64,000 bases of DNA from an uncultured Alphaproteobacteria bacterium (GCA_963782975.1 CAWALT010000002.1:340710-404709), one strand, 5' to 3'. Positions 41,323 to 54,406 are shown, counted from the first letter of the stretch. Notes: a model not told the origin generated them from the sequence alone. Program-made: numbers and translations.

Positions 41323-44300
41323 ATGGCAAGAGAGCTGGCAGGTATTTTTGGGCAAGTGACGGACCCACAGGGATTTGACTTAATTAAATTAAGCATCGCA
41401 AGTCCTGAGCGAATTCGCTCTTGGTCTTATGGGGAAGTTAAAAAGCCAGAAACAATTAATTATCGGACTTTTAAGCCAGAAAGGGAAGGCCTCTTTTGTG
41501 GCCGTGTTTTTGGTCCTATAAAAGATTATGAGTGCTTGTGCGGCAAGTACAAGAGAATGAAATACCGTGGGATCATTTGTGAAAAGTGCGGTGTAGAGGT
41601 AACTTTAGCAAAAGTGCGCCGTGAACGTATGGGCCACATTGAATTGGCGACGCCGGTGGGGCATATTTGGTTTACCAAATCTTTGCCGAGTCGAGTTGGG
41701 ACATTGCTTGGGTTAGCCCAAAAGGACTTAGATAAAGTTTTGTATTTTGAAAATTATATTGTTATTGAGCCGGGTCTTACGCCTTTAAAGCCTAAGCAGC
41801 TTTTGACGGAAGATGAATATTTTGACGAGCAAGAAGAACATGGGGAAGATGCTTTTTCGGCAGGTATTGGCGCAGAAGCTCTTCGAACTATGTTGGCAGC
41901 TATGGACCTAGCGCAAGAGCGAAAGGCTTTACGAGAAGAATTAATTGAAACCTCTTCTGAAATCCGGCGTAAAAAAATTGTAAAGAAGCTCAAGGTTGTT
42001 GAGGCTTTTATTGCCTCTAACACGCGTCCGGAATGGATGATCTTAGAAGTTCTCCCTGTTATTCCTCCTGAATTAAGACCCTTAGTTCCTCTTGAGGGTG
42101 GGCGATTTGCGACTTCAGATCTCAATGATTTATATCGCCGGGTTATCAACCGTAATAATCGTTTAAAACGTCTTATTGAATTAAGAGCCCCGGATATTAT
42201 TGTTCGCAATGAAAAAAGAATGCTTCAAGAAGCTGTGGATGCCTTGTTTGATAATGGGCGACGCGCAAGACCAATAGCTGGGACCAATAAGAGACCTCTT
42301 AAATCTCTTTCGGATATGTTGAAGGGGAAACAGGGTCGCTTTCGTCAAAATCTTTTAGGAAAGCGCGTTGATTATTCCGGTCGTTCGGTTATCGTGGTAG
42401 GACCTGAGCTTAAATTGCATCAGTGTGGTTTGCCTAAAAAAATGGCTTTGGAGCTTTTTAAGCCCTTTATTTATTCTCGATTAGAGCGTTATGGTTTGGC
42501 AAGTACTGTTAAAGCTGCCAAGAGGATGGTGGAGAAAGAGCGTCCTGAGGTTTGGGACATTCTAGAGGAGGTAATTCGTGAGCACCCTGTGCTTTTGAAC
42601 CGTGCTCCAACTCTCCATAGACTTGGAATACAAGCTTTTGAACCCGTTCTCGTAGAGGGCAAGGCAATTCAGTTGCATCCTCTTGTTTGCACCGCTTTTA
42701 ATGCTGATTTCGATGGTGACCAGATGGCGATTCATGTGCCGCTCTCCGTTGAGGCGCAGCTAGAAGCCCGTGTCTTGATGATGTCCACCAATAATATTCT
42801 CAGCCCAGCAAATGGCAAACCAATTATAGGTCCGACCAAGGATATTGTTCTTGGTTTGTATTATCTTACTATTGAGCGTGAAGGAGAATTAGGCGAAGGG
42901 AAGGTTTTTGCTAATTTGGGTGAGGTTGAATTAGCTCTAGACGCTAAAACAGTTTCTTTGCATGCTCGTATTAAAGCTCGTGTTGAGGAAATGAACGAAA
43001 AAGGGGAGCATGTCGTTCGTACGTATGAAACTACACCCGGTCGTATTCTCTTAAGTACAGCGTTGCCAAAACATCCACAAATTACCTTTGCTCTTATTAA
43101 TCGTCTTTTAAAATCAAAGGTGATTAGTGAAGTGGTTGATGTGGTTTATCGAAATTGTGGCCAAAAAGAAACGGTGCTTTTCTCTGATAAAATCATGAGA
43201 CTTGGGTTTTTATATGCTTCAAAATCGGGTGTGTCATTTGGTAAAGATGATTTGTTGATTCCCGTTGAAAAGAAGACATTGGTAGCCAAGACTCAAGAGC
43301 TTGTAGAAGAGTATGAGCAGCAATATCTCAACGGTTTAATCACACGCGGTGAGAAATATAACAAAGTCGTTGATGCGTGGGATAACTGCAATAATCGCGT
43401 AGCGGATGCTATGATGAAAGGTTTGTCGAAGGTTGAAATTGGCCGTCCTATTAATTCTATTTTTATGATGGCTGATTCAGGGGCTCGAGGCTCAGCGGCA
43501 CAGATGAGACAGCTTGCTGGTATGCGTGGGCTTATGGTTAAGCCGTCAGGAGAGATTATTGAGACCCCTATTATTTCAAACTTTAAAGAGGGTTTAAGCG
43601 TCTTAGAGTATTTTAACTCAACTCACGGGGCGCGGAAGGGGCTATCGGATACGGCTTTAAGGACAGCAAACTCCGGGTATTTAACACGTCGTTTAGTTGA
43701 TGTGGCGCAAGATTGCATTATCACCCACGATGATTGTGGAACAGCGAATGGCATTACTGCGCGCTCTTATGCAGATCCAAGCGGCCTCAATGTACCCTTG
43801 AATGAGCGTGTCTTAGGCCGTGTTATTGCCGAAGATGTGATGGACGGTGACACTGTTCTTATCCCACGAGGAAGCATCATTGACGAACAGACCTCGTCTC
43901 TTATTGAAGAAGTAGGCATTGATCGAATTAAAATTCGTTCGGTGCTAACATGTGAGGCAATGGATGGGGGCGTTTGTGCCCACTGTTATGGGCGTGACCT
44001 TGCGCGTGGGGCAAAGGTGAACGTTGGTGAGGCCGTAGGGGTCATTGCCGCTCAATCGATTGGTGAGCCGGGGACCCAGTTAACAATGCGGACATTCCAT
44101 ATTGGCGGAACGGCTCAAAGGGGTGCTGAACAATCGAGTATTGAGGCAACGGTTGAGGGCACACTCCATATCAAGGATGGCAACCTTGTTGTTCGGGATG
44201 ATGGGACATCGGTTGTTATGGGACGCCAATGTGAAATCCTAATTACCGACAAGGATGGCCGTGAGAGATTTACTCAGCGTGTTCCTTATGGGGCGCAGGT

Positions 44301-45474
44301 TTTGGTTGCAGATAAGGATATTGTTAAAAAAGGCCAGAAATTGTGTGCATGGGATCCTTATACCATTCCTATTATAAGTGAGGTGGAGGGAATTATTCAT
44401 TTTGTCGATTTGGTTGAAGGATTGTCCATCCGTGAGACCCTTGATGAAGAAACGGGCATTTCCAGCCGTATCGTTATTGACTGGAAACAGCAAGCACGTG
44501 GAACCGATTTAAAGCCGCGCATAGTTATTCGAAATAAGGAAGGTGAGCCATTGGTATTATCGAATGGGTCAGAAGCGAAATATTACATGGCTGTTGATGC
44601 TATCCTTAATATTGAAAATAATAGTGAGGTAAAGGCTGGCGATGTGATTGCTCGCATCCCAAGGCAATTTACAAAAACCCATGACATTACTGGTGGCTTG
44701 CCCCGTGTGGCTGAACTTTTTGAGGCGCGTCCTCCCAAAGATATGGCTATCATTAGCGGCATTGAAGGATATGTCAGGTTTGGAAAAGACTACAAGGCTA
44801 AGCGACGCTTAGTAATCGAGCCGAAAGATCAAACAGAAAAACCAGTAGAGTATTTGATACCGAAAGGAAAGCACGTTACGGTACAAGAGGGCGATTTTAT
44901 TAAAAAAGGCGACCTTCTTGTTGATGGTAAGCCTGTTCCTCATGATATCCTGGAAGTTTTAGGTGTTGAAGCTCTTGCTGCGTATCTTGTATCAGAAGTT
45001 CAAGAAGTTTATCACTTGCAAGGTGTGCGGATAAATGATAAGCATATTGAGCTTATTGTGCGTCAAATGCTACAAAAAGTTGAAGTTATTGAGCCAGGTG
45101 ATTCGACATTACTCGTAGGCGAACAAGTTGATCGCATGGAAATCGAGGAAGAGAATCTTAAGCTCATGAATGAAGGGCTCCGTCCGGCAAAAATAAAGCC
45201 TGTGCTACAAGGTATTGCGAAGGCAGCTTTACAAAGCCGTTCTTTTATTTCTGCAGCCGCGTTCCAAGAAACTACACGTGTCTTGACAGAGGCGGCGGTA
45301 GCAGGTCGATCGGACAGGTTGGTAGGCCTAAAAGAAAACGTAATTGTAGGACGATTAATCCCGGCAGGAACGGGTCGTGTATTGGCACGTTTAAGAGAAG
45401 AGCAAGCGGAGATGAGAGTCGCGCATGCCAAAGGTTCTCCAGAAGGGAACGGTTATCTGACGTCAAATGCTTAG
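41323..45474 (+). CDS. rpoC: RNA polymerase beta' subunit
   Basis: Zn-finger CLCGKYK, catalytic NADFDGD and [16 protein letters not shown]. Confidence 0.98.
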   Translation: MARELAGIFGQVTDPQGFDLIKLSIASPERIRSWSYGEVKKPETINYRTFKPEREGLFCGRVFGPIKDYECLCGKYKRMKYRGIICEKCGVEVTLAKVRRERMGHIELATPVGHIWFTKSLPSRVGTLLGLAQKDLDKVLYFENYIVIEPGLTPLKPKQLLTEDEYFDEQEEHGEDAFSAGIGAEALRTMLAAMDLAQERKALREELIETSSEIRRKKIVKKLKVVEAFIASNTRPEWMILEVLPVIPPELRPLVPLEGGRFATSDLNDLYRRVINRNNRLKRLIELRAPDIIVRNEKRMLQEAVDALFDNGRRARPIAGTNKRPLKSLSDMLKGKQGRFRQNLLGKRVDYSGRSVIVVGPELKLHQCGLPKKMALELFKPFIYSRLERYGLASTVKAAKRMVEKERPEVWDILEEVIREHPVLLNRAPTLHRLGIQAFEPVLVEGKAIQLHPLVCTAFNADFDGDQMAIHVPLSVEAQLEARVLMMSTNNILSPANGKPIIGPTKDIVLGLYYLTIEREGELGEGKVFANLGEVELALDAKTVSLHARIKARVEEMNEKGEHVVRTYETTPGRILLSTALPKHPQITFALINRLLKSKVISEVVDVVYRNCGQKETVLFSDKIMRLGFLYASKSGVSFGKDDLLIPVEKKTLVAKTQELVEEYEQQYLNGLITRGEKYNKVVDAWDNCNNRVADAMMKGLSKVEIGRPINSIFMMADSGARGSAAQMRQLAGMRGLMVKPSGEIIETPIISNFKEGLSVLEYFNSTHGARKGLSDTALRTANSGYLTRRLVDVAQDCIITHDDCGTANGITARSYADPSGLNVPLNERVLGRVIAEDVMDGDTVLIPRGSIIDEQTSSLIEEVGIDRIKIRSVLTCEAMDGGVCAHCYGRDLARGAKVNVGEAVGVIAAQSIGEPGTQLTMRTFHIGGTAQRGAEQSSIEATVEGTLHIKDGNLVVRDDGTSVVMGRQCEILITDKDGRERFTQRVPYGAQVLVADKDIVKKGQKLCAWDPYTIPIISEVEGIIHFVDLVEGLSIRETLDEETGISSRIVIDWKQQARGTDLKPRIVIRNKEGEPLVLSNGSEAKYYMAVDAILNIENNSEVKAGDVIARIPRQFTKTHDITGGLPRVAELFEARPPKDMAIISGIEGYVRFGKDYKAKRRLVIEPKDQTEKPVEYLIPKGKHVTVQEGDFIKKGDLLVDGKPVPHDILEVLGVEALAAYLVSEVQEVYHLQGVRINDKHIELIVRQMLQKVEVIEPGDSTLLVGEQVDRMEIEEENLKLMNEGLRPAKIKPVLQGIAKAALQSRSFISAAAFQETTRVLTEAAVAGRSDRLVGLKENVIVGRLIPAGTGRVLARLREEQAEMRVAHAKGSPEGNGYLTSNA

Positions 45475-45487
45475 GAAGTTTTGGGTA

Positions 45488-45510
45488 AAGCGGAGGTTGC
45501 TTCCTCGCTT
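45488..45510 (+). terminator. Hairpin after rpoC (possible terminator)
   Basis: AAGCG-G-AGG-N6-CCT-CGCTT stem 13 bp after the stop. The U-tail is weak. Confidence 0.4.
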
Positions 45511-45558
45511 ATATCCAAGTAGCTAGGCCAGAACGTAAGGTTTTTTGCCAAGTTAGAC

Positions 45559-45587
45559 TTGACGGCTTGTTTAAAGAGCTCTACTAT
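45559..45587 (+). promoter_or_regulatory. sigma70 promoter of the str operon
   Basis: TTGACG-N17-TACTAT upstream of rpsL. Confidence 0.7.
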
Positions 45588-45642
45588 GCCCGGACGTAAG
45601 GGTTGACTTGTATAAAGAATGAAGAAGGTGAAAGGATAGTGA

Positions 45643-46014
45643 ATGCCTACTATTAATCAGTTAGTTCGGAATCCTCGGAAGCGGCCGGCATCAAAAAGTA
45701 AAGTGCCAGCTTTGGAGGAATGCCCGCAAAAGCGTGGTGTGTGTACGCGTGTTATGACGACGTCACCAAAGAAACCGAACTCAGCGTTACGCAAGGTTGC
45801 TCGTGTTCGCCTCACGAATGGTCATGAAGTGACATCGTATATTCCGGGGGAAGGCCATAATCTTCAAGAGCACTCCAGTGTGCTTAATCGTGGTGGTCGT
45901 GTTAAAGACTTGCCAGGTGTTCGTTATCATGTTATCCGTGGTGCGCTTGATACTCAAGGTGTGAAGGGGCGTCGCCAAGGTCGTTCAAAGTACGGTGCAA
46001 AGAGACCGAAGTAA
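45643..46014 (+). CDS. rpsL: 30S ribosomal protein S12
   Basis: [25 protein letters not shown] and [12 protein letters not shown]. Confidence 0.98.
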   Translation: MPTINQLVRNPRKRPASKSKVPALEECPQKRGVCTRVMTTSPKKPNSALRKVARVRLTNGHEVTSYIPGEGHNLQEHSSVLNRGGRVKDLPGVRYHVIRGALDTQGVKGRRQGRSKYGAKRPK

Positions 46015-46023
46015 GGAGGACAT

Positions 46024-46494
46024 ATGGCTCGTAGACATGCTGCGCAAAAAAGAGAAATTACCCCTGATCCTAAATATAAGGATCCTGTTATCGCTAAATT
46101 CATCAATGCCTTGATGCTACAAGGAAAAAAGTCGGTAGCAGAAAAGATCCTTTACTCGGCCCTCGAAAGCGTGGCAAACAAAGGAATGGGTGAGCCGCTG
46201 GAGATGTTTCATGCGGCCGTCGATAACATTCGTCCTTTTGTAGAAGTTCGCTCAAGGCGTGTAGGAGGTGCAACCTATCAAGTGCCTATGGATGTGAGTC
46301 CAAGTCGTTCTCAAGCTTTAGCTATTCGTTGGATTATTGGTAGTGCTCGTAGTCGCAATGAATCTAATATGGAACAGCGTTTATGTAATGAGCTAATTGA
46401 TGCTTCTCAAAAACGCGGAGCGGCCTATAAGAAGCGTGAAGATACTCATCGGACTGCCGAAGGTAACAGAGCCTTTGCGCATTACCGGTGGTAA
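46024..46494 (+). CDS. rpsG: 30S ribosomal protein S7
   Basis: [15 protein letters not shown] and NRAFAHYRW. Confidence 0.98.
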   Translation: MARRHAAQKREITPDPKYKDPVIAKFINALMLQGKKSVAEKILYSALESVANKGMGEPLEMFHAAVDNIRPFVEVRSRRVGGATYQVPMDVSPSRSQALAIRWIIGSARSRNESNMEQRLCNELIDASQKRGAAYKKREDTHRTAEGNRAFAHYRW

Positions 46495-46508
46495 AGGGGT
46501 TGTAAATT

Positions 46509-48584
46509 ATGAAGAGGAGTACACCGTTAGCTCGCTATCGCAATATTGGCATCATGGCTCACATTGATGCGGGTAAGACGACAACAACTGAGCGGGTTTT
46601 ATATTATACAGGACGTTCTCATAAAATTGGTGAGGTTCATGAAGGCGCTGCTACGATGGACTGGATGGAGCAGGAGCAGGAGCGTGGCATTACCATTACT
46701 TCTGCGGCGACCACTTGTTTTTGGAAGGAGCATCGTATTAACATTATTGATACGCCAGGGCACGTAGATTTTACGATTGAGGTGGAGCGTTCCTTGCGTG
46801 TTTTGGATGGAGCGGTAGCTGTATTTGACAGCGTTGCTGGCGTGGAGCCTCAATCAGAAACGGTGTGGCGCCAAGCTGATCGTTATAATGTGCCGCGTAT
46901 GTGCTTTGTAAATAAGATGGATCGGATTGGGGCGAACTTTTATCGGTGCGTGGAGATGATATCAGGCCGTCTTGGGGCTGTCCCTTTGGTGATACAGCTT
47001 CCAATTGGTGCAGAGTCGGATTTTGTCGGTATTGTTGATCTGATCGAGATGAAAGCCGTTGTCTGGAGCGACGATAAATTAGGTGCTGAGTATTCTTATC
47101 TTGATATTCCCGCAGATTTAAAAGATAAAGCAGAAGAATACCGGGCGCAGTTAATAGAAACGGCTGTTGAGCAAGATGATGCAGCGCTTGAGGCTTATCT
47201 TAATGGCGTCGAGCCAACAAAAGAGGTGTTAAAGAAGTGTGTTCGTAAAGGCACAGTCTCTGGCGTATTTGTGCCCGTACTTTGTGGAAGTGCTTTTAAA
47301 AACAAAGGTGTCCAAACACTTTTGGACGCTGTTGTGGATTTTCTTCCTTCTCCTGTAGAGGTTCCTCCTGTTAAAGGTGTAAAAGTCGATAGCGAAGAAG
47401 TGATAACTCGTTCCTCTTCTGACGAAGAAGCGTTTTCTGGTTTAGCTTTTAAAATTATGACGGATCCTTTTGTGGGGTCTTTGACATTTGTGCGTATTTA
47501 TTCGGGCCAAATCGAATCAGGTATGGGTGTGTTAAACTCGGTAAAAGGTAAGAAAGAGCGTGTAGGCCGTATGTTGTTGATGCATGCGAATAGTCGAGAA
47601 GATATAAAAATAGCCCATGCTGGTGATATCGTAGCTCTTTGTGGTTTGAAAGAGACAACGACAGGTGACACTTTATGCGATACGAATCGCCCAATTATTC
47701 TTGAGCGCATGGATTTTCCTGATCCCGTGATTGAGGTAGCGGTAGAACCAAAAACAAAAGCTGAGCAAGAGAAAATGAGTTTGGCTTTGGGGCGGCTTGC
47801 TCAAGAAGATCCTTCCTTTCAGGTTAGTTCTGATCCTGAGACAGGTCAGACTGTTATTAAAGGAATGGGCGAATTGCATCTTGAGATCCTTATTGATCGA
47901 ATGAGAAGAGAATTTAAAGTTGATGCGAATGTTGGAGCGCCTCAAGTTGCTTATCGTGAGACCATTACCAGTGTAGCCGAAATTGATTATACTCATAAAA
48001 AGCAAACGGGTGGTGCTGGGCAGTTCGCTCGTGTTAAACTCCGTCTAGAGCCTTTAGAGCCGGGAAGTGGCTTGAAGTTTGAAAGCGCTATTGTTGGTGG
48101 CTCAGTGCCTAAAGAATATGTGCCTGGGGTGGAAAAGGGTGTTGTTTCCTCAGCACAAAATGGTGTATATGCTGGTTATCCTTTGATTGACCTTAAGGTA
48201 ATTTTGTTTGACGGTGCCTACCATGATGTGGATTCAAGTGTCCTTGCCTTTGAGATTGCTTCAAGAGCTGCCTTTAAAGAAGTTGCTCGTAAAGCCGTAC
48301 CTCGGTTACTTGAGCCTATTATGAAGGTTGAGGTGATCACGCCTGAAGAATATATGGGTGATGTTATCGGGGACTTAAATAGTCGCCGCGGACAAATTAA
48401 CCAGATGGATCAGCGAGCTAATGCGCGAGTTATTTCAGCTTCTGTTCCATTAGCAAGTATGTTCGGCTATGTGAACACTTTGCGATCGATGACGCAAGGG
48501 CGCGCTCAATTTACGATGCACTTCTCCCGTTATGAGCAAGTTCCTCAAAATGTGGCAGAGCAAATAAAAGAAAAGGTTTCATAA
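46509..48584 (+). CDS. fusA: Elongation factor G
   Basis: [26 protein letters not shown] and NKMD. Confidence 0.98.
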   Translation: MKRSTPLARYRNIGIMAHIDAGKTTTTERVLYYTGRSHKIGEVHEGAATMDWMEQEQERGITITSAATTCFWKEHRINIIDTPGHVDFTIEVERSLRVLDGAVAVFDSVAGVEPQSETVWRQADRYNVPRMCFVNKMDRIGANFYRCVEMISGRLGAVPLVIQLPIGAESDFVGIVDLIEMKAVVWSDDKLGAEYSYLDIPADLKDKAEEYRAQLIETAVEQDDAALEAYLNGVEPTKEVLKKCVRKGTVSGVFVPVLCGSAFKNKGVQTLLDAVVDFLPSPVEVPPVKGVKVDSEEVITRSSSDEEAFSGLAFKIMTDPFVGSLTFVRIYSGQIESGMGVLNSVKGKKERVGRMLLMHANSREDIKIAHAGDIVALCGLKETTTGDTLCDTNRPIILERMDFPDPVIEVAVEPKTKAEQEKMSLALGRLAQEDPSFQVSSDPETGQTVIKGMGELHLEILIDRMRREFKVDANVGAPQVAYRETITSVAEIDYTHKKQTGGAGQFARVKLRLEPLEPGSGLKFESAIVGGSVPKEYVPGVEKGVVSSAQNGVYAGYPLIDLKVILFDGAYHDVDSSVLAFEIASRAAFKEVARKAVPRLLEPIMKVEVITPEEYMGDVIGDLNSRRGQINQMDQRANARVISASVPLASMFGYVNTLRSMTQGRAQFTMHFSRYEQVPQNVAEQIKEKVS

Positions 48585-48638
48585 ATAAGAGAAATATGTT
48601 AATAACCGTTTACAAAAGTATACAAGTGGAGACATAAA

Positions 48639-49826
48639 ATGGGTAAGGAAAAGTTTGAGCGTAGTAAACCGCATTGTAACATTGGGACCATTGGTCACGT
48701 GGACCATGGTAAAACGACGTTAACAGCGGCAATCACCAGGGTGTTAGCAGAAGCTGGGGGTGCTAAAGCGCAAAAATATGAGGATATTGATAGCGCGCCT
48801 GAGGAAAAAGAGCGTGGTATTACTATCTCCACAGCACACGTTGAGTATGAAACAGCAAAAAGGCACTACGCCCATGTGGATTGTCCTGGTCACGCTGACT
48901 ACGTGAAAAATATGATTACTGGTGCCGCACAAATGGATGGTGCAATTCTTGTTGTTTCGGCAGCCGATGGTGTGATGCCTCAAACGAAAGAGCATATCCT
49001 TTTAGCGCGTCAGGTTGGTGTTCCGGCCATTGTGGTATTTTTGAATAAAGTTGATCAAGCGGATCCAGAGCTCCTTGAACTTGTAGAGCTTGAAGTGCGT
49101 GAAATCCTCAATAAATATGAATTCCCTGGTGATGATATACCTATCATAAAAGGTTCAGCTCTTTGTGCGCTTGAGGGGCGTGAGGATGAAATTGGCAAGA
49201 ATGCTATTATGCAACTTATGGAAGCTGTCGATGCTTTTATTCCTCAACCGAAGCGCGATATTGATAAACCTTTTTTGATGCCCATAGAGGATGTGTTTTC
49301 TATTTCTGGTCGCGGTACGGTGGTAACAGGTCGTATTGAGCGCGGTATTATTAAAGTGAACGAAGAAGTTGAAATTGTCGGAATGCGCGATACTCAAAAG
49401 ACAGTAGTTACGGGTGTTGAAATGTTCCGTAAGCTTCTTGATCGGGGTGAAGCTGGTGACAATATTGGGGCATTGCTTCGTGGCACAAAGCGCGAAGATG
49501 TTGAGCGTGGCCAGGTCTTGGCTGCCCCAGGCACCATTACTCCTCATACAAAATTCCTATGTGAGGCTTATGTGTTAACGAAAGAAGAAGGTGGTCGACA
49601 TACCCCTTTCATGACGAATTACCGCCCTCAGTTTTATTTTCGGACAACGGACGTAACGGGGTGTGTTAAGTTACCTGAAGGTACAGAGATGATTATGCCG
49701 GGCGATAATGTGACAATGGAAGTTGAGCTTATTGTTCCAATTGCAATGGATGAGGGCTTACGCTTTGCGATTCGTGAAGGCGGTCGTACTGTTGGAGCAG
49801 GCGTCGTTACGAAAATTCTTAAGTAA
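48639..49826 (+). CDS. tuf: Elongation factor Tu
   Basis: [17 protein letters not shown] and [12 protein letters not shown]. Confidence 0.98.
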   Translation: MGKEKFERSKPHCNIGTIGHVDHGKTTLTAAITRVLAEAGGAKAQKYEDIDSAPEEKERGITISTAHVEYETAKRHYAHVDCPGHADYVKNMITGAAQMDGAILVVSAADGVMPQTKEHILLARQVGVPAIVVFLNKVDQADPELLELVELEVREILNKYEFPGDDIPIIKGSALCALEGREDEIGKNAIMQLMEAVDAFIPQPKRDIDKPFLMPIEDVFSISGRGTVVTGRIERGIIKVNEEVEIVGMRDTQKTVVTGVEMFRKLLDRGEAGDNIGALLRGTKREDVERGQVLAAPGTITPHTKFLCEAYVLTKEEGGRHTPFMTNYRPQFYFRTTDVTGCVKLPEGTEMIMPGDNVTMEVELIVPIAMDEGLRFAIREGGRTVGAGVVTKILK

Positions 49827-49840
49827 AATATGAAAAACAA

Positions 49841-49870
49841 GGAGAGAGCATGGGTATGCTCTCTTTCTTA
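49841..49870 (+). terminator. Hairpin or terminator between tuf and rpsJ
   Basis: Perfect 9-bp stem AGAGAGCAT-GGGT-ATGCTCTCT followed by TTCTTA. Confidence 0.6.
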
Positions 49871-49893
49871 ATGTAAGGTTATTAGGTTTTAAG

Positions 49894-50202
49894 ATGGAAA
49901 ATCAAAACGTACGAATTAGATTGTTGGCTTATGACCACAGGACCCTCGACCAATCGACGGCTGAAATTGTGAATACGGCACGTCGTACCGGGGCGACAGT
50001 TCGAGGCCCCATCCCGTTGCCGACTAGGATTGAGAAATTTACAGTGCTTAGGTCTCCACATAAGCACAAGACATCTCGTGAACAATTTGAGAGCCGTACG
50101 CATAAAAGGTTAATTAATATTACAGATATTACACCGCAAACAATTGATGCTCTTATGAAGCTTGATTTGGCTGCCGGTGTAGAAATTGAAATAAAGATTT
50201 GA
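49894..50202 (+). CDS. rpsJ: 30S ribosomal protein S10
   Basis: [15 protein letters not shown] and RTHKRLI. Confidence 0.97.
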   Translation: MENQNVRIRLLAYDHRTLDQSTAEIVNTARRTGATVRGPIPLPTRIEKFTVLRSPHKHKTSREQFESRTHKRLINITDITPQTIDALMKLDLAAGVEIEIKI

Positions 50203-50215
50203 AAGTAAACAGGCA

Positions 50216-50863
50216 ATGACATTAAGAACGGGTATACTTGCGGAAAAGGTAGGAATGAGCCGCCTTCTTACGGAAAATGAGGGGCATGTGCCCGTAACGC
50301 TATTACGTCTTGTTTCTTGTCAAGTTGTGGGCCATAAACAAGAAGAAAAAGATGGCTACAATGCACTCCAGGTTGCTTATGGACAAGTAAAGAAGTCAAA
50401 AGTCTCGAAAGCTATGCTAGGGTTTTATGCTAAGCAAAATTGCGAACCTAAGAAATCTATCAAGGAGTTTCGCATTGATCCAGAGAATATGATGGAAATT
50501 GGGACGAACCTTGACTTAAATTTATTTGAGGAAGGCCAATATGTTGATGTCACAGGTCGGACGATTGGTAAAGGTTTCGCTGGAGTAATGAAGAAATATA
50601 ATTTTAGAGGGTTGCGGGCGAGTCATGGCGTATCAATTTCTCATAGAAGTCAAGGATCTACAGGTCAACGCCAAGATCCAGGGCGCGTGTTTAAAGGGAA
50701 AAAGATGGCTGGCCATATGGGGCAGAAGAAAGTAACTGTTCAGAGTCTCAAAATAGCTCATATCGATAAGGACCTTGGTCTTATTTGTATAAAGGGAGCT
50801 GTGCCTGGCTCAAAAGGGACAATGGTTGTCTTAAAAGATGCAGTTAAGAAGAAGGCGAAATAA
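50216..50863 (+). CDS. rplC: 50S ribosomal protein L3
   Basis: [10 protein letters not shown] and [14 protein letters not shown]. Confidence 0.97.
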   Translation: MTLRTGILAEKVGMSRLLTENEGHVPVTLLRLVSCQVVGHKQEEKDGYNALQVAYGQVKKSKVSKAMLGFYAKQNCEPKKSIKEFRIDPENMMEIGTNLDLNLFEEGQYVDVTGRTIGKGFAGVMKKYNFRGLRASHGVSISHRSQGSTGQRQDPGRVFKGKKMAGHMGQKKVTVQSLKIAHIDKDLGLICIKGAVPGSKGTMVVLKDAVKKKAK

Positions 50864-50866
50864 AAG

Positions 50867-51487
50867 ATGAAGCTTGAGGTTATTGACTTTACGAATAAAT
50901 CACTTGGGCAGGTTGCGTTAGACGAGGAAATCTTTGGTTTTGCGTGGCGTCCAGACTTGGTACATCGTTGCGTGCGTTGGCAATTAGCAAAGCGGCGCAG
51001 TGGTACGCATTCGACAAAAACGATTAGTGACATTTCAGGATCAACCCGCAAGATTTATCGACAGAAGGGAACTGGTGGTGCTCGTCACGGTAGCCATCGG
51101 GCTGTATTGTTTCGGGGTGGTGCCGTAGCTCATGGTCCGGTTTGTCGTAGCCATGAGCATTCTTTGCCGAAGAAAATTCGCAAACAAGCGCTCAAGAGCA
51201 TTTTATCAGCTAAGGTTCGGGAACAAAAAGTAAAAATCATTGATTTTTCAAACTTTAAGTCGGGAAAAACAGCTGAAATAAATAGGTTTCTTTCAGGGAA
51301 TAATTTGAGAAACGGGTTAATTGTTGAGGGGGATCAGGTCAACCAATATTTGAAACGTGCCTTGTCATCTCTGGAGACAATCTTTGTGTTACCTTCGGTG
51401 GGGGCAAATGTTTACGATATTATGCGACGTGATTATTTGATTTTGACACCTAACGCCGTGAAAACGTTAGAGGAGCGTTTAAAATGA
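50867..51487 (+). CDS. rplD: 50S ribosomal protein L4
   Basis: [12 protein letters not shown] and RGGAVAHGP. Confidence 0.97.
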   Translation: MKLEVIDFTNKSLGQVALDEEIFGFAWRPDLVHRCVRWQLAKRRSGTHSTKTISDISGSTRKIYRQKGTGGARHGSHRAVLFRGGAVAHGPVCRSHEHSLPKKIRKQALKSILSAKVREQKVKIIDFSNFKSGKTAEINRFLSGNNLRNGLIVEGDQVNQYLKRALSSLETIFVLPSVGANVYDIMRRDYLILTPNAVKTLEERLK

Positions 51488-51807
51488 AAATTCCTACAAA
51501 AAAAATGAAGTCGCTTGGTTGCCGAGATGTTTTTGATGTTATTAAAGCTCCCTTGATCACAGAAAAGGCGACATTAATAAGCGAAAAAAATCAATTTGCT
51601 TTTAAAGTTGCGCCCTGGTCTAATAAATTTCAGATAAGAAGGGCGGTTGAGGAAATTTTTTCCGTTGATGTATTAAAAATAAATACTATCTCTCTTAAAG
51701 GGAAAACAAAGCGTTTCAAAGGACGTTTAGGTCGTCGTTCCGATATTAAGAAGGCGATTGTTACGATAAAAGAAGGGCAGAAGATAGATCTTTCTGTAAA
51801 GGCATAA
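51484..51807 (+). CDS. rplW: 50S ribosomal protein L23
   Basis: PLITEKA and KKAIVT. Confidence 0.96.
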   Translation: MKIPTKKMKSLGCRDVFDVIKAPLITEKATLISEKNQFAFKVAPWSNKFQIRRAVEEIFSVDVLKINTISLKGKTKRFKGRLGRRSDIKKAIVTIKEGQKIDLSVKA

Positions 51808-51810
51808 GAA

Positions 51811-52632
51811 ATGAATTTAAAAACTTATAACCCTACAACCCCCTCTCAAAGAGGTCGAGTTGCTGTTGATAAAACGACCTTGTGGAAAGGCAAGCCTTTA
51901 AAGAGTCTTACCAAAGGTGGCTCAAGTACGGGAGGTCGGAATTGTTATGGGCGTATCACTCTTCGTCATCGTGGAGGTGGCCATAAAAGAAAGTATCGTC
52001 TCATTGATTTTAAGAGGCAAAAGTATAATGAAGTTGCGGTGGTTGAAAGAATAGAATATGATCCTAATCGATCTGCTTTCATCGCTCTTATCAAATATGG
52101 AGATGGAGAGTATTCTTATATATTAGCTCCGCATGGCCTTACAGTTGGAGATAAGGTTTCTTCAGGGCCTGCGGCAGAAATTAGTATTGGTAATGCTTTG
52201 CCTTTAAAGTTTATTCCTATTGGAAGTGTAGTTCATAATATTGAATTAAAACCTAAGGCAGGTGGTCAGCTTGTTCGATCGGCTGGAGGAGCTGCGCATG
52301 TTGTGGGTCGTGATGCAGGATTTGTGCAAGTAAAGCTTGCTTCAGGTGAGGTTCGCTTGGTGCATAATGCTTGCATGGCAACGATAGGCGGGTTGTCGAA
52401 CCCTGATCAAAAGAATATTAAAATTGGGAAGGCAGGCCGTTCACGTTGGTTAGGCAGGCGCCCATCAGTACGGGGTGTTGCCAAGAACCCGGTTGACCAC
52501 CCGCATGGTGGTGGTGAAGGTCGAACTTCAGGAGGACGTCATCCATGTACTCCGTGGGGTAAACCAACAAAAGGGTATAAAACCCGCCCAAAAAGAAAAT
52601 CGAATAAGCATATTGTTCGCAAGCGCGCGTAG
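51811..52632 (+). CDS. rplB: 50S ribosomal protein L2
   Basis: IEYDPNRSA and [12 protein letters not shown]. Confidence 0.98.
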   Translation: MNLKTYNPTTPSQRGRVAVDKTTLWKGKPLKSLTKGGSSTGGRNCYGRITLRHRGGGHKRKYRLIDFKRQKYNEVAVVERIEYDPNRSAFIALIKYGDGEYSYILAPHGLTVGDKVSSGPAAEISIGNALPLKFIPIGSVVHNIELKPKAGGQLVRSAGGAAHVVGRDAGFVQVKLASGEVRLVHNACMATIGGLSNPDQKNIKIGKAGRSRWLGRRPSVRGVAKNPVDHPHGGGEGRTSGGRHPCTPWGKPTKGYKTRPKRKSNKHIVRKRA

Positions 52633-52649
52633 TAAGTAAGGAGTAAAAA

Positions 52650-52928
52650 GTGTCACGTTCAGTATGGAAAGGACCATTTGTAGATGGTTATCTTCTAAAA
52701 AAAGCGAAGGCTCTACGTGAATCGAGTCGGCGTGACGTTATAAAAATTTGGTCTCGTCGTTCTACCATTGTGCCGCAATTTGTTGGCTTGACTTTTGGTG
52801 TTCATAACGGTCAAAAATTTATACCTGTGCTTGTAACAGAAGAGATGGTTGGGCATAAATTTGGTGAATTTGCTCCTACACGGACTTTTTACGGTCATGC
52901 AGGAGATAAGAAGGCGAAGCGGAAGTAG
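52650..52928 (+). CDS. rpsS: 30S ribosomal protein S19
   Basis: GTG start, [10 protein letters not shown] and [11 protein letters not shown]. Confidence 0.98.
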   Translation: MSRSVWKGPFVDGYLLKKAKALRESSRRDVIKIWSRRSTIVPQFVGLTFGVHNGQKFIPVLVTEEMVGHKFGEFAPTRTFYGHAGDKKAKRK

Positions 52929-52934
52929 TACAAG

Positions 52935-53303
52935 ATGTTGACGATAAAAAAGGATGAAAAAGCGGCTTACGCGAAAAGCGGTTACATTCGGACAAGTACG
53001 CGTAAGTTAAATCTAGTTGCGCAGCTTATCCGGGGTCTTCGGGTATCCAGGGCGATGGACGTATTGTTAGGATGTCAAAAGCGTCCAGCGCAGGATGTAA
53101 GAAGGGTATTGATGGCTGCTATAGCGAATGCTGAAAATAATCAACAACTCGATATTGATCGCTTACGTGTTATGGAAGCTTCCGTAGGAAAGGCTTTCTC
53201 CATGAAGCGTGTTCGTCCTCATGCCCGGGGACGTCGAGGAGTGATTAAAAAAGAATTTAGTCGCCTGTTAGTGGTGGTGCGTGAACAAGAAGGTGCAGAA
53301 TAA
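52935..53303 (+). CDS. rplV: 50S ribosomal protein L22
   Basis: [11 protein letters not shown] and AIANAENN. Confidence 0.96.
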   Translation: MLTIKKDEKAAYAKSGYIRTSTRKLNLVAQLIRGLRVSRAMDVLLGCQKRPAQDVRRVLMAAIANAENNQQLDIDRLRVMEASVGKAFSMKRVRPHARGRRGVIKKEFSRLLVVVREQEGAE

Positions 53304-53983
53304 TGGGTCAAAAGGTAAATCCAATAGGTTTTAGGCTCAATGTAAATAAAAATTGGGAGTCTTCGTGGTTTACATTAAAAAACCATCATGTTTATTTGCA
53401 ACAAGATGCACAGATTCGTAAGTATTTATATGAGAGTTTAAGCCAGGCAGCCATTTCTCGAATTGTTATTGAGCGCCTTGCTAAAAATCTTCATGTGTCG
53501 ATTCATTCCGCGCGTCCTGGCGTTGTTATTGGTAAAAAGGGAGCGGATATTGAAAAGTTACGTAAAAAAATCAGTGCTCTTGTTACGAAGGATGTCACGC
53601 TTAATATTGTCGAAGTCCGTAAGCCAGAGCTAGAAGCGCGTCTGGTAGCGGAGTCGATTGCCCAGCAGTTAGAACGACGCATTTCTTATAGACGAGCTAT
53701 GAAACGCGCTGTGCAAGGGGCAATGAAGATAGGAGCCCTAGGCATTAAAGTTCACTGTTCCGGTCGTTTAGGTGGCGCGGAGATTGCAAGAACAGAAAAG
53801 ATCCAGGAAGGGAAAGTTCCTTTACATACGCTTCGTGCTGATGTAGATTTTGCAAGGGCTACGGCTCGAACGACCTATGGTACGTGTGGCGTCCAAGTGT
53901 GGATTTACAAGGGTGAGGCTGTTTATAAGAATAAGCACGCTATGTCAGAAGATAAGAGCGTGGTGTCGGCAGTAAGGGGGTAA
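53303..53983 (+). CDS. rpsC: 30S ribosomal protein S3
   Basis: [22 protein letters not shown] and [10 protein letters not shown]. Confidence 0.98.
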   Translation: MGQKVNPIGFRLNVNKNWESSWFTLKNHHVYLQQDAQIRKYLYESLSQAAISRIVIERLAKNLHVSIHSARPGVVIGKKGADIEKLRKKISALVTKDVTLNIVEVRKPELEARLVAESIAQQLERRISYRRAMKRAVQGAMKIGALGIKVHCSGRLGGAEIARTEKIQEGKVPLHTLRADVDFARATARTTYGTCGVQVWIYKGEAVYKNKHAMSEDKSVVSAVRG

Positions 53984-53989
53984 TGTGAT

Positions 53990-54406
53990 ATGTTAATGCC
54001 GAAGAAGTACAAGTATAGGAAAGCGCATAAAGCCATTTATCGTTTAAGAGGAAAGGCCTCTTCAGGGACAACTCTTAATTTTGGCACGTATGGTTTGAAG
54101 GCTGTGAGCCCAGGACGCGTTACGGCACGCCAAATCGAAGCAGCGCGGCGCGCTATTACTCGCCATATTCGTCGTGGCGGGCGGGTATGGATTCGTATAT
54201 TTCCTGATGTTCCTGTGTCCAAGAAGCCAGCCGAAGTTCGGATGGGAAGTGGAAAAGGAAGTACTGAATATTGGGCAAGTTATGTTAAGGCGGGCAAAGT
54301 AATGTATGAGCTTGAAGGGGTAGCGCCGGATGTGGCGCGGCGATCCTTTGAATTAGCTGCTGCAAAGTTGCCTGTGAGCACAAAATTTATTATGCGGAGA
54401 GGGTAA
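53990..54406 (+). CDS. rplP: 50S ribosomal protein L16
   Basis: QIEAARRA and [12 protein letters not shown]. Confidence 0.97.
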   Translation: MLMPKKYKYRKAHKAIYRLRGKASSGTTLNFGTYGLKAVSPGRVTARQIEAARRAITRHIRRGGRVWIRIFPDVPVSKKPAEVRMGSGKGSTEYWASYVKAGKVMYELEGVAPDVARRSFELAAAKLPVSTKFIMRRG

